Below, piece by piece: positions 7,937 to 16,490 of a stretch of 64,000 bases of DNA. The position numbers and the translations under genes are program-made. Source of the DNA: Candidatus Micrarchaeota archaeon (GTDB lineage Archaea > Micrarchaeota > Micrarchaeia > Norongarragalinales > Norongarragalinaceae); contig CAZVVY010000004.1 of NCBI GenBank assembly GCA_964630975.1, positions 37,912 to 101,911 on the forward strand, read 5' to 3'. The notes below the pieces were generated by a model, which was not told where the DNA came from, searched no databases, and was given only the letters and a program-made list of their open reading frames with translations. Within the stretch, counting starts at the first letter, position 1, and the number at the start of each line of letters is the position of its first letter.

Positions 7937-8625
7937 AGAAAAAAATAATAGAGTTAAAGAACGTGCGCAAAACCTACCAAATGGGGGAAGTGCAGGTTCA
8001 CGCCTTGCGCGGAGTCGACTCCGAGATTTACGAAGGCGAATTCGTTGCGATAATGGGGCCTTCCGGAAGCGGCAAGAGCACGTTGATGAACATGGTCGGC
8101 TGCCTCGACACTCCCAGTGAAGGTCACGTTTACTTGGAAGGCCGAGACATCGCCGAAATGACGGAAGACGAGTTGGCTCGGGCGCGCGGCAAAAAAATAG
8201 GATTCATCTTCCAAAAATTCAACTTGATTCCTTATGCGACCGCGTGGGAGAACGTGGAACTCCCCGCGATATTCCAATCGGTTTGCTGCGCCGAACGCGA
8301 AAAAGAGGCTAAGAAATATTTGTCAAAAGTGGGGCTCGGCAAGCGCGCAAACCACTTGCCCAGCGAGTTGAGTGGGGGCGAACAACAGCGGGTCGCAATC
8401 GCGCGCTCGCTGATGACCAACCCCGCAGTCATACTGGCGGACGAACCCACGGGCAACCTGGACTCCAAGACCGGAGCGGAAATAATGGATTTGCTCGTGG
8501 AATTGAACGAGGAAGGAAAAACGATCGTGATGGTTACGCACGACGCTAAAACAGCGAAGCGTGCCGGGCGAACAATAAGGATTCTCGATGGAAAAATAGA
8601 TTCTAGAGGTGTACGTGGAAAATGA
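7918..8625 (+). CDS. ABC transporter ATP-binding protein (MacB/LolD-type)
   Basis: Walker A GPSGSGKST, Q-loop, signature LSGGEQQRVAIAR, Walker B ILADEPT, H-loop VTHD. An alternative TTG start at 7933 forms a TTGA overlap with the padR stop. Confidence 0.9.
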   Translation: MEEPALKKKIIELKNVRKTYQMGEVQVHALRGVDSEIYEGEFVAIMGPSGSGKSTLMNMVGCLDTPSEGHVYLEGRDIAEMTEDELARARGKKIGFIFQKFNLIPYATAWENVELPAIFQSVCCAEREKEAKKYLSKVGLGKRANHLPSELSGGEQQRVAIARSLMTNPAVILADEPTGNLDSKTGAEIMDLLVELNEEGKTIVMVTHDAKTAKRAGRTIRILDGKIDSRGVRGK

Positions 8626-9827
8626 GGAAAACAATCGCGTTCTTGCTGCTGGCATTACTGGCGGCACCCGTAATGGCGAAAACGACTACGAGCGGGGGGC
8701 TCATAGAAATGAGGCTGTTGAAACACGAGCCTTCGCCGGCCGAGCCCGGCGCTTACGCCGACGTATGGGTAACCGTAGCCAACCCGCGGGGCGGGGCAAC
8801 CGCGACCAACTTGGAGTGCAGGGTCGAGAACAGGGCGCCGTTCAGCGTGGATTCCGAGGAAAACCGCGAAAAAGACTTAGGCAACCTGCCGCCGGGATAC
8901 GAGTCCAACGTCAAGTGGAGAATCCGCGTTGACGAAGACGCCGTGCCCGGCAACAACTTGTTGGATATCACGTGTCAACACGACGACTATCCCGCCCTCA
9001 CCCTGGAAGCCGACGTTTACGTGCAGCCCACGGAAGCCGTGCTCTCAATAGACCGCGCCGAAGTCCCGTTAATGGTTCCGGGTCAACAGGCAAACCTCAA
9101 CATAAAGCTCAAGAACCTTGCCGCGATAAGCGTGAAAGAAGTATCCGTAAAACTCGACTTCGACGAGTTGTCTTTTGCGCCCGTGGGAAGCACCGGCGAA
9201 AAGCAGCTGAGCATAATAAGTGGTGGGGGAGAAGAAACCGTTTCATTCACCTTGATTACTTACCCCGACGCCCAACCCGGAGTATACAAGATTCCAATAA
9301 CCCTATCGTACTACGACCGGCTAGGAAAGAAATACGAGAAGGAAGACGTGCTCGGAGTCATAGTCGACGCAGAAACCGACTTGCACGTCAACGTCGAGGA
9401 AAGCGAGTTGTACAAGTCGGCTTCTTCGGGCAGAGTAAGCCTTGAAATAGTCAACCGCGGCCTTGAAGACGTGAAATTCCTTTCGGTGAAGGTGCTTGCG
9501 GGAGAAGGTTACGAAGTAACCGGTGCAAGCGAGGTTTACGTAGGTGAACTCAGCTCGGACGACTACTCGGGAGTCGACTTCCAGGTTTACGCCGAAACCG
9601 GCGCAAGCCAACAAATGCCTTTCAAACTCGAGTTGAGTTACACGGACGCCTTCAACCAGCAAAAAATTGAAGAAGTCACCGTGAACGTACCGCTTTACTC
9701 TGACGAAGAGCTGGCGCGCCTCGGCATAACCCCGGTCGCGGGGATGGATATGGTAACCGTTGCCGTTGCCGCAATAATCCTGGTTTACGCGGCGTACTGG
9801 CTGTATAAGAGGTTTAAGAAAAAGTAA
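8622..9827 (+). CDS. Secreted, C-terminally anchored beta-sandwich repeat protein (COG1361 / S-layer-domain-like ABC accessory protein)
   Basis: 401 aa. Signal peptide MRKTIAFLLLALLAAPVMA, repeated beta-rich modules, C-terminal TM helix VTVAVAAIILVYAAYWLY plus KRFKKK. It is sandwiched between the ABC ATPase and the permease. Confidence 0.7.
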   Translation: MRKTIAFLLLALLAAPVMAKTTTSGGLIEMRLLKHEPSPAEPGAYADVWVTVANPRGGATATNLECRVENRAPFSVDSEENREKDLGNLPPGYESNVKWRIRVDEDAVPGNNLLDITCQHDDYPALTLEADVYVQPTEAVLSIDRAEVPLMVPGQQANLNIKLKNLAAISVKEVSVKLDFDELSFAPVGSTGEKQLSIISGGGEETVSFTLITYPDAQPGVYKIPITLSYYDRLGKKYEKEDVLGVIVDAETDLHVNVEESELYKSASSGRVSLEIVNRGLEDVKFLSVKVLAGEGYEVTGASEVYVGELSSDDYSGVDFQVYAETGASQQMPFKLELSYTDAFNQQKIEEVTVNVPLYSDEELARLGITPVAGMDMVTVAVAAIILVYAAYWLYKRFKKK

Positions 9828-11056
9828 TGGCGCAGATAACGGATTACTTCCGCATAGCAATAGGCAACTTGTCGCACCGCCGCACGCGGTCCTTGTTGAC
9901 GATGATAGGCATCATCATCGGGATAGCCGCGGTAGTCGGCTTGATGAGCATAGGCGACGGCCTGCAAAGGGCGGTCGTCGGCGAATTCGAGAAGATGGGA
10001 AGCGACAAGATAACCGTGATGAGCGTCAGCGCTTCCGGCATAACCTCGCCGTTCGCCGGCGAGTTGGGAAGCACCCCATTAACCGAGAGGGACGTGAAAA
10101 ACCTTGAGAAAGTGCGCGGCGTGAAGCTCGTGGGGGGAATGCTTTACAAGAGCGGGTTCGTAGAATTCAATTCGAAGACGCAAGGCGCGTTCATCATCGG
10201 CATGCCTACGGGCAGCACCCAGGAAATCTTCGAAGATATGCAGCAAGTCGAACTCGCGTCGGGTAGGAAACTCGACGAAGGCGACGAATCAAAGGCGATG
10301 ATAGGAAGCCATTTCGCGGAGGACTTGTTCGACAAGAAGATAAACACGGGAAACCGCTTAACCATCGAGGGAAAAGACTACAGGGTGGTTGGGATATTGA
10401 AAAGCATGGGCAACAAGCAGGACGACTCCGCACTCTACATAACCCTGAATTCCGCAAGAGACCTCTTCGGCGACGACGACACCGTTTCAATGATTTACGC
10501 GCAAGTGACCCCGGGCTCCGAGCCCGCCGAAGTAGCCGAAAGAATGGAGGAAAAGCTTCGCAAGACGCGTCACGAGGAAGAAGACGAGGAAACGTTTTCC
10601 GTGCTCACCTCCGAACAACTCATCGACACCTTCAACTCGTTGCTGGCAGTCGTACAGGCAATGCTCGTCGGAATAGCCGCCATCTCCCTCCTCGTCGGGG
10701 GCATAGGCATAATGAACACGATGTACACTTCCGTGTTGGAGCGCACCAAGCAAATAGGCATAATGAAGGCCATCGGCGCCAGCAACCGGGACATCCTCTC
10801 GATATTCCTCATCGAGTCCGGCCTCCTCGGAGTAATAGGAGGAATAATAGGTGTTTTGCTCGGCATGGGCATGGGAAAAATAACGGAAATAATAGCGGAA
10901 GAAGCGCTTGGAACCGGTTTGTTGAAGGCTTACTTCGGGCTCGACCTGGTCGCCGGCGCACTATTGTTCTCCTTCATAATAGGAAGCATTTCCGGGGTTC
11001 TGCCTGCAAAACAAGCGGCTTCAATGAAGCCCGTAGACGCACTCAGGTACGAATGA
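9827..11056 (+). CDS. ABC transporter permease, FtsX/MacB family
   Basis: 409 aa. N-terminal TM helix, a roughly 230-aa extracytoplasmic domain, then three C-terminal TM helices with the FtsX-like ERTKQIGIMKAIGA motif. Confidence 0.9.
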   Translation: MAQITDYFRIAIGNLSHRRTRSLLTMIGIIIGIAAVVGLMSIGDGLQRAVVGEFEKMGSDKITVMSVSASGITSPFAGELGSTPLTERDVKNLEKVRGVKLVGGMLYKSGFVEFNSKTQGAFIIGMPTGSTQEIFEDMQQVELASGRKLDEGDESKAMIGSHFAEDLFDKKINTGNRLTIEGKDYRVVGILKSMGNKQDDSALYITLNSARDLFGDDDTVSMIYAQVTPGSEPAEVAERMEEKLRKTRHEEEDEETFSVLTSEQLIDTFNSLLAVVQAMLVGIAAISLLVGGIGIMNTMYTSVLERTKQIGIMKAIGASNRDILSIFLIESGLLGVIGGIIGVLLGMGMGKITEIIAEEALGTGLLKAYFGLDLVAGALLFSFIIGSISGVLPAKQAASMKPVDALRYE

Positions 11057-11057
11057 G

Positions 11058-11234
11058 TTAGGTTCGCGCGACTTGTAACGGAATGACGTTCTTATCGAAT
11101 TCTTCCTTAGCCAACTTAACGGGGTCTATTACTCCTTCAGCCAAATCAATCAACGGCGGGGCACCCATCGCCAACTGCAGGGCGCGCGCACCGATTATCC
11201 TGGCCGTTTCATACTTAGTCAAATCCTTGCTCAC
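11058..11234 (-). CDS. rpoK: DNA-directed RNA polymerase subunit K (Rpo6, Rpb6 homologue)
   Basis: Below the track cutoff. Own translation from GTG at 11234: VSKDLTKYETARIIGARALQLAMGAPPLIDLAEGVIDPVKLAKEEFDKNVIPLQVART (58 aa). LTKYExARIIGARALQ is the RpoK/Rpb6 signature. The GTG overlaps the upstream TGA (GTGA). Confidence 0.85.
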   Translation of the reverse strand: MSKDLTKYETARIIGARALQLAMGAPPLIDLAEGVIDPVKLAKEEFDKNVIPLQVART

Positions 11235-12412
11235 ATTAACACCTTCAACACCTTCAACAACGAAGGCCTCTTCAAAACTATTCTCGCAGCCAACCCCTTG
11301 AACTTGCCGTTCAACACGTTGTCCAAATCCTCGGGCTTGGTTTCGTCGAATATGTGGTTCAAGTCGTCGTCCGACAACTTTTCCAACACGTACCTCAACT
11401 TCAATCTTTTGGCGAGTTTGGCTTCCTCAACCTCGCGCCACTCTTTCTCATAACCCGAAAGCAACGCATCCGAATAATCCCCGGATTCAAATGCCTTCAA
11501 GGCGTATTTTGCGGCGATGTTTCCGGCTTCTATTGCCAACCCGATGCCGCCGCCGTGAATCGGGTCCACTTGGTGGGCCGCGGTCCCCACGACCATGAAG
11601 CCGTCAGAAGTCATTTTTTTTATTGGCGCCCCCACGCTGATGACGCCGCCTTTTACTTCCATTATTGAGGCGTCGCCGAACCTTTCGGGGCGCGCTTCAA
11701 TGAATTCATCAAGCAAGTCCTTGGGGTTCGCTTCGGAATCCCCGCCGATTCCTATGCCGACGTTCGCGTAATCATCGCCCTTTGGAAATATCCAAACGTA
11801 GCCGCGCGGCGCAACCGAGTCTCCGAACCACAATTCAATCAAAGGGTCGCACTTTACGCCCACCATCTCGTATTCAACGCACTTGTCCACGTCGTAAGGG
11901 TCGTACTTGCAGTCGAAGCCGGCTTCACGCGCGATTTTTGCTTCCATTCCCTCGGCGGAAACGATGAGAGGCGCCTTGAAAACCATTTCCTCGCCCTGGA
12001 AAAGGGCGCGGACCCCGATAACCTTTTCGCCTTCTTTCTCAAGACCGAGAACAAGACTCTTGGGCAGCAAAACGGCGCCCGCGCGGCCCGCCTCCAAAGC
12101 AAGCCGCTTGTCGAAAAGCTTTCTCTCCAAGACGTACCCCGTGGTGTGGTCGCCTTCAAGAACAATTTTTTTTCCTTTAGGGGAGTAAACCGCGGCACCC
12201 TTCATTCGCGCACCCAAATCGGCGTCCGAAACCTTCAATGAAAGGAGCTGGTTCCACCTCTCACTCAGTCCCTCGCCGCACCTCACGGGCGTGCCGAAAT
12301 CCTTCTTTTTTTCCAATACGAGGGCGGACATTCCGCCTTCGGCCGCGTTTTTAGCGAAAACGGTTCCCGCGGGCCCCCCGCCCACCACTATAACGTCGAA
12401 CTCTTTCTTCAC
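11231..12412 (-). CDS. Geranylgeranyl reductase family flavoprotein (digeranylgeranylglycerophospholipid reductase-like)
   Basis: The track ORF extends to 12562. GTG at 12412 gives VKKEFDVIVVGGGPAGTVFAKNAAEGG (FAD GxGxxG). It also has RCGEGL and the family-typical GDSVAPRGYVWIFPKG. The GTG overlaps the ferredoxin TGA. Confidence 0.85.
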   Translation of the reverse strand: MKKEFDVIVVGGGPAGTVFAKNAAEGGMSALVLEKKKDFGTPVRCGEGLSERWNQLLSLKVSDADLGARMKGAAVYSPKGKKIVLEGDHTTGYVLERKLFDKRLALEAGRAGAVLLPKSLVLGLEKEGEKVIGVRALFQGEEMVFKAPLIVSAEGMEAKIAREAGFDCKYDPYDVDKCVEYEMVGVKCDPLIELWFGDSVAPRGYVWIFPKGDDYANVGIGIGGDSEANPKDLLDEFIEARPERFGDASIMEVKGGVISVGAPIKKMTSDGFMVVGTAAHQVDPIHGGGIGLAIEAGNIAAKYALKAFESGDYSDALLSGYEKEWREVEEAKLAKRLKLRYVLEKLSDDDLNHIFDETKPEDLDNVLNGKFKGLAARIVLKRPSLLKVLKVLM

Positions 12413-12597
12413 TTTTTTCCACCACTCAACGCCTTGAACGGACAAACCTTTACGCACAAGCCGCATCCAATGCACTTGCCCTCGTCGCAAACCAGCTTGT
12501 TTCCTTCGAGAGTTAAAGCACTCACCGGGCAAACCCCGACACAACCCGCGCAACCGATACACTTCGAATGATTAACTTTCACCATAAGGTAGAACAC
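12409..12597 (-). CDS. 2x[4Fe-4S] ferredoxin
   Basis: 62 aa with two CxxCxxCxxxCP motifs (CIGCAGCVGVCP, CIGCGLCVKVCP). Confidence 0.9.
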   Translation of the reverse strand: MFYLMVKVNHSKCIGCAGCVGVCPVSALTLEGNKLVCDEGKCIGCGLCVKVCPFKALSGGKK

Positions 12598-12639
12598 CCT
12601 TCAAACGAGAAATAATTAGCTTCAACGAATTATAAAACC

Positions 12640-13353
12640 TTACTGGAAAGAAGAATACGACTCGGAATTAAATTCATACAAACTCTTCAAAACCTTTTTA
12701 CCGCCCACCAAAACCTGCGACAAAACATCTTCAACCGAAGGCCCCGACCAGGAAGACGAAACCGAAGCGTCCAAAACGTAAGCCGTGCCCGAATGCTCGA
12801 AACAAACCAGCGCGTGCTTCACTCCGTCCTCCAACTCGACTACGCGAACCGACGCCGTTGAACTGCCGCGGGCCGACAACAAGGAACACAACAAAAGCGC
12901 CTTGTCCATCGAGTCCCCCGCACCCAACTCCAACACTTCCGAGGGCTTCAACCAAAACGAGAATTTGAGGCCCGACGAAAGCAGTTCGACTCCCTTCAAG
13001 AAATCAAGGCAGTTGAGCGCGTAAGACGGAAATTCTTCGACGACTCCCTCGCCCCCCGAAATCTTCTTGGATTCTTCAACCACCTCCGGCGAAGGCTCTA
13101 CCAGTTTCTTGAGCTCGACCACGCTCTTCTCTTCCCCGAAAGAAATTTTTTCCTCGTAACGCTCGATTACCTTGCGGTAAAACGCCGCCAAAAGGCGGTC
13201 TTCGGCACAAGCGTTTTTCCCGTTATTGCAAGCCTTGCAAGTCGGGCCCGCGCATTCCCCCATAAAATAAGAGAAGCCGGCAACCAATAAAAAACCGCTT
13301 AATAGGGCCGGGAAGCATCCATCTTCTTCTTGGCGGCCCTGGAAAGCTTCCAC
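12640..13353 (-). CDS. Hypothetical protein with transglutaminase-like core in which the nucleophile position is Ser
   Basis: 237 aa. GAGDSMDKALLLCSLLSARGSSTASVRVV...KHALVCFEHSGTAYVLDAS parallels the GxCxxFAxLxxALLRAxGIPAR...HAWxE...D layout. The start is uncertain (ATG 13353 or 13263). Confidence 0.4.
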   Translation of the reverse strand: MEAFQGRQEEDGCFPALLSGFLLVAGFSYFMGECAGPTCKACNNGKNACAEDRLLAAFYRKVIERYEEKISFGEEKSVVELKKLVEPSPEVVEESKKISGGEGVVEEFPSYALNCLDFLKGVELLSSGLKFSFWLKPSEVLELGAGDSMDKALLLCSLLSARGSSTASVRVVELEDGVKHALVCFEHSGTAYVLDASVSSSWSGPSVEDVLSQVLVGGKKVLKSLYEFNSESYSSFQ

Positions 13354-13559
13354 TTAATCCACCGCTCGTACCCCTTTTCAACTCTTAAAACCAGCTTGCG
13401 CTTCTCCAAGAATTCGAGTACGCTCTTCACGAACTCGTTGTCGCGCGCCAACTCCCCCGCTACCGCGCGCGTAGTCAAGGGCACGGGGTAATGCGAGTAA
13501 AGCACTGAAACCGCGTCCGAAGCGATTTTCTCGAAGTTCTTACGGGATATTCGGGACAT
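13299..13559 (-). CDS. Small winged-helix DNA-binding protein (hypothetical)
   Basis: The track ORF starts at 13583. ATG at 13559 gives MSRISRKNFEKIASDAVSVLYSHYPVPLTTRAVAGELARDNEFVKSVLEFLEKRKLV, a wHTH-like pattern. Confidence 0.5.
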   Translation of the reverse strand: MSRISRKNFEKIASDAVSVLYSHYPVPLTTRAVAGELARDNEFVKSVLEFLEKRKLVLRVEKGYERWIKWKLSRAAKKKMDASRPY

Positions 13560-13612
13560 TTCCAACAATAACAATGCAAACAATAATTTAATTCAAACGC
13601 CGATTAAGGTTC

Positions 13613-14836
13613 ATGGGGTTCCTGGAAAAGTGCAAGCAAACCGGTGAAGAGATACTCGAATTCGGCGACGTTCTCGTAGTCCACCATTACGATTGCGACG
13701 GCCTCGCCGCGGCAGCAATAATTTGCAGTGCGGCGGACACCCGAAAAACGGTTTCCGCCAAGAAAATCGATGGCGGGCTCGTGAAAAAAATAAATTCAAT
13801 TGAAAAGGATTGCACGGTTTTCGCCGACATCGGTTCAAGCCAACGCATCCTCCTCGAAGAAAAAGCCGAAGGTGACTTGTTCTTCATAGACCACCACCCG
13901 CCGAAAAAAAAAGGGGGAAACCAAGCCAACGTGCACGACTACGGCTTCGACGGGTCGACCGACGCCTGCGGCGCGTCCACCGCCTACCACTGCTTCAAGC
14001 ACACGGGCAAGGACTTGGGTCGGCTCGGCATAACCGGCGCGGTAGGAGACATGCAAGCCCCGTTCACCGGCTTCAACAAGGTAATGCTCAACGAATGCGT
14101 TGCTCGCGGCGAAGTCCTGGTAGTGCCCGGGCTCGTAGTCCCGGGAAGAATAACCAAGCCAATGGGGAAACTCCTTGAAAGCGTTCCCGAAGGCTTCGAC
14201 TCTTCAAAACACTATTACGACTTGAACGCAAAGAATAGAATGCGGCTCGACGCCGAATTAAGGAAAACAATGAGCGAAAAAAGTTTCGGGGACGCCTACG
14301 TCTTCCCGAACCAGCCCGGCCGCGAGGAAACCAGGGACGCCCACGAGCTATCCGCCCTGTTGAACGCCTGCGGAAGAAGCGGCCACTCAAAAAAAGGGAT
14401 TGAAGCCGCGATAAGCGGCGGCGAACGACTGGCCGAAGCAAGGCGGCTAACCAGCGAACACGAAGAGCGGCTCGACGAACTGACTCGAAACGCGCAAAAA
14501 GTGGATTTGGGCGCCTTCGATTACTACGACGGACGCGGAAAAGCGGGGGCAACCGAGGTAGGCGTAATAACTTCGCGGCTCGTCGGCTCAAAACCCGTCA
14601 TAGGTTTTGCCCGAGAAGAAAACGGAGTGAAGGTTTCGGCGCGCGGCACGCCCGAACTAGTTGAAAAAGGGTTGGACCTCGGCGAAACAATGCGAAAAGC
14701 CGCGGAAGCGGCGGGAGGAACCGGCGGCGGCCACAACGTCGCGGCCGGCGCCGGCTTCCCGAAAGGAGGAGAGGCGCGTTTCCTGAAAAAAGCAAGAGAA
14801 GTAATAGAAATCCAGCTAGAGCTACGCAAAGTCTGA
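13613..14836 (+). CDS. DHH/DHHA1 phosphoesterase, archaeal RecJ/GAN (Cdc45-like) family
   Basis: 407 aa. Motif I VVHHYDCDG, motif III DHH in FFIDHHPP, DHHA1 motif GGGHNVAAGAGF. Confidence 0.8.
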   Translation: MGFLEKCKQTGEEILEFGDVLVVHHYDCDGLAAAAIICSAADTRKTVSAKKIDGGLVKKINSIEKDCTVFADIGSSQRILLEEKAEGDLFFIDHHPPKKKGGNQANVHDYGFDGSTDACGASTAYHCFKHTGKDLGRLGITGAVGDMQAPFTGFNKVMLNECVARGEVLVVPGLVVPGRITKPMGKLLESVPEGFDSSKHYYDLNAKNRMRLDAELRKTMSEKSFGDAYVFPNQPGREETRDAHELSALLNACGRSGHSKKGIEAAISGGERLAEARRLTSEHEERLDELTRNAQKVDLGAFDYYDGRGKAGATEVGVITSRLVGSKPVIGFAREENGVKVSARGTPELVEKGLDLGETMRKAAEAAGGTGGGHNVAAGAGFPKGGEARFLKKAREVIEIQLELRKV

Positions 14837-15034
14837 AGCCGCAAGCAACACGTCTTCCCGCGTCAACTCGCGCCGGCCCGCGTGCCGCGCGTAAATCTTG
14901 GCCCTGAACACCAAGTCCTCGGCCGAATCCTGCAACAACTCTGCCAGCTTCTCGCTTGCCGACTCGGCCACGCGCTGGGCCCCGGTCTCCCTGAAAAAAG
15001 AGTCCACGTCGAACAAGTCAAACGCTTTTTTCAC
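14822..15034 (-). CDS. Archaeal histone (histone-fold protein)
   Basis: The track ORF begins at ATG 15100. GTG at 15034 gives a 70-aa protein: KKAFDLFDVDSFFRETGAQRVAESASEKLAELLQDSAEDLVFRAKIYARHAGRRELTREDVLLA. It matches the GAERVS...A.HAGRKT..EDI.LA histone-fold pattern. Confidence 0.8.
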   Translation of the reverse strand: MKKAFDLFDVDSFFRETGAQRVAESASEKLAELLQDSAEDLVFRAKIYARHAGRRELTREDVLLAASDFA

Positions 15035-15159
15035 GCGCGACCCTCCACCAGCGCCTGACTCACCGAATCCGTGCTGACTAAGACTCGTTCTCCCACGCAC
15101 GAAACCTTGTAAGCCGTGCGCGAACCCTCCAATTCCTCAATCAATTCCCTTACCGTCAT
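15031..15159 (-). CDS. Possible 42-aa micro-ORF between the AAA+ gene and the histone gene
   Basis: Own translation: MTVRELIEELEGSRTAYKVSCVGERVLVSTDSVSQALVEGRA. The ATG lies 12 nt after the upstream stop, and its TGA overlaps the histone GTG (GTGA). Confidence 0.3.
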   Translation of the reverse strand: MTVRELIEELEGSRTAYKVSCVGERVLVSTDSVSQALVEGRA

Positions 15160-15170
15160 TCAAACCACCT

Positions 15171-16301
15171 CTAATGCATCGTGAAAAGGTTCCTAACCTT
15201 CTTGTTCAAAGAATACTCGTTGCGTTTCCTGCCGCCGACTTTTTTCGCCTTCACCGAAACCAACGGAAAAGGCACTTCGGGCTTCCTCTTTTTTTCCGCG
15301 GAGTCGCTGCCCCTCAACTGGTACAGTGCGTTGAACGCGGTATTTTGTGAAAGGCCGGTTGCCTTCCGGATTTCCTTCAGCGTCAAGGAATCGGCGCCCA
15401 ACAAGCACTCCATAACGTTTTGTTGGGACGGGCTCAACTGGTTCCACCACGAAACGTTGCCCTTCGTAATCCTGTCGCGCCGAATAACGCTTTGGACTAT
15501 CGGGTTGTCGGCGTATTCGGACGCCGCCTTCCAATCACTCTTCCCCATTGCAAGCGATGCAAGGAAAGAGTTAAGCTCGTCGAAAACGTAACGCGGAGAC
15601 AACAGGTTTTGCTCGGTCAACACCTCTTCAAGAAAAACGTCGGGAAAAGGGTTCAATCCCTTTCCTCCAACCGCGCTTATCCTATGAGAAATTATTTTCA
15701 ACATTTCTTCCTTCGAAAACTTTTTGCGCGTGAAAATGTTAGGCTCCCCTATCAAGTGCACCAACGAATCCGGGAAGTCGTCGCGGCCAAGCGCGGAAAC
15801 GACGAGGCGCAAGTTGGGGACGTCGTCCAACAAATACTTGAACTCCATGTACATCCCGCGGTTCTCTTCGAGGTGGGCTTCATCTACGAACAAGGCAACC
15901 TTCTTCTTTTTCGCCCTCAACTTCTTGACGAGGTTTTCACGGGAAACCTTTTTCGCGGGCCTTCCGAGCAACGAGTCGAGGAATCCGCGTTCCTCTCCGA
16001 ACAGCCGGTTGTGCAAGCCGTCCAAGGTCTGCGGCGGCTCCTTGAAAACGTGGGACTCGAATTCCGAGGGAAGGGAATACTTAACGAAATAAAGGGCGGA
16101 AGTCTTACCCACGCCCTTCGGGCCGACGAGCAAACACGCTTTTGCATCAAAGGCAAGGCGCTCAAGAATTTTCTCGCCCTCCAACGGCAAATAATACTTC
16201 AAGAAGGATTCCTTGTCACTCACCCTCAAATCCTTTACAAACGGGTTTTCCCTCCAACCCAACTCCGATAAGAGACGCTGTCGTGCTTCAAAGACCTGCA
16301 T
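15171..16301 (-). CDS. AAA+ ATPase of the ORC/Cdc6-ExeA (AAA_22-like) type with C-terminal winged helix
   Basis: 376 aa. N-terminal LGWRENPF (ExeA-like), Walker A GPKGVGKTS, Walker B ALFVDEAH. The C-terminal LTLKEIRKATGLSQNTAFNALYQL is wHTH-like. Confidence 0.6.
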   Translation of the reverse strand: MQVFEARQRLLSELGWRENPFVKDLRVSDKESFLKYYLPLEGEKILERLAFDAKACLLVGPKGVGKTSALYFVKYSLPSEFESHVFKEPPQTLDGLHNRLFGEERGFLDSLLGRPAKKVSRENLVKKLRAKKKKVALFVDEAHLEENRGMYMEFKYLLDDVPNLRLVVSALGRDDFPDSLVHLIGEPNIFTRKKFSKEEMLKIISHRISAVGGKGLNPFPDVFLEEVLTEQNLLSPRYVFDELNSFLASLAMGKSDWKAASEYADNPIVQSVIRRDRITKGNVSWWNQLSPSQQNVMECLLGADSLTLKEIRKATGLSQNTAFNALYQLRGSDSAEKKRKPEVPFPLVSVKAKKVGGRKRNEYSLNKKVRNLFTMH

Positions 16302-16376
16302 GATAGTTCAACCCACGCGAAATACAACGAAGCAAACCTATAAAAGACTTATGCAATACTGGAAGCGCGCCATACA

Positions 16377-16435
16377 AGATAAATAAAAGACAAGTTCAAG
16401 ACCATAAATCACGTGTGAGAGATAAATAAAAGACA
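16377..16435. repeat. Two exact 16-bp direct repeats AGATAAATAAAAGACA (16377-16392 and 16420-16435) plus a related TATAAAAGAC at 16339-16348
   Basis: Read directly from the 189-bp A/T-rich divergent intergenic region between the AAA+ gene and nreA. Spacing is about 43 bp. Confidence 0.8.
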
Positions 16436-16490
16436 TATAAGATACTTATGAGGGACTAAGAGTTTAATTTTTGGTTGCACAACACAATTT

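Noticed and set aside
15420-16271. 283-aa plus-strand ORF opposite the AAA+ ATPase gene
   Set aside because: It is antisense to a frame with clear Walker A/B motifs, and the translation has no recognisable features.
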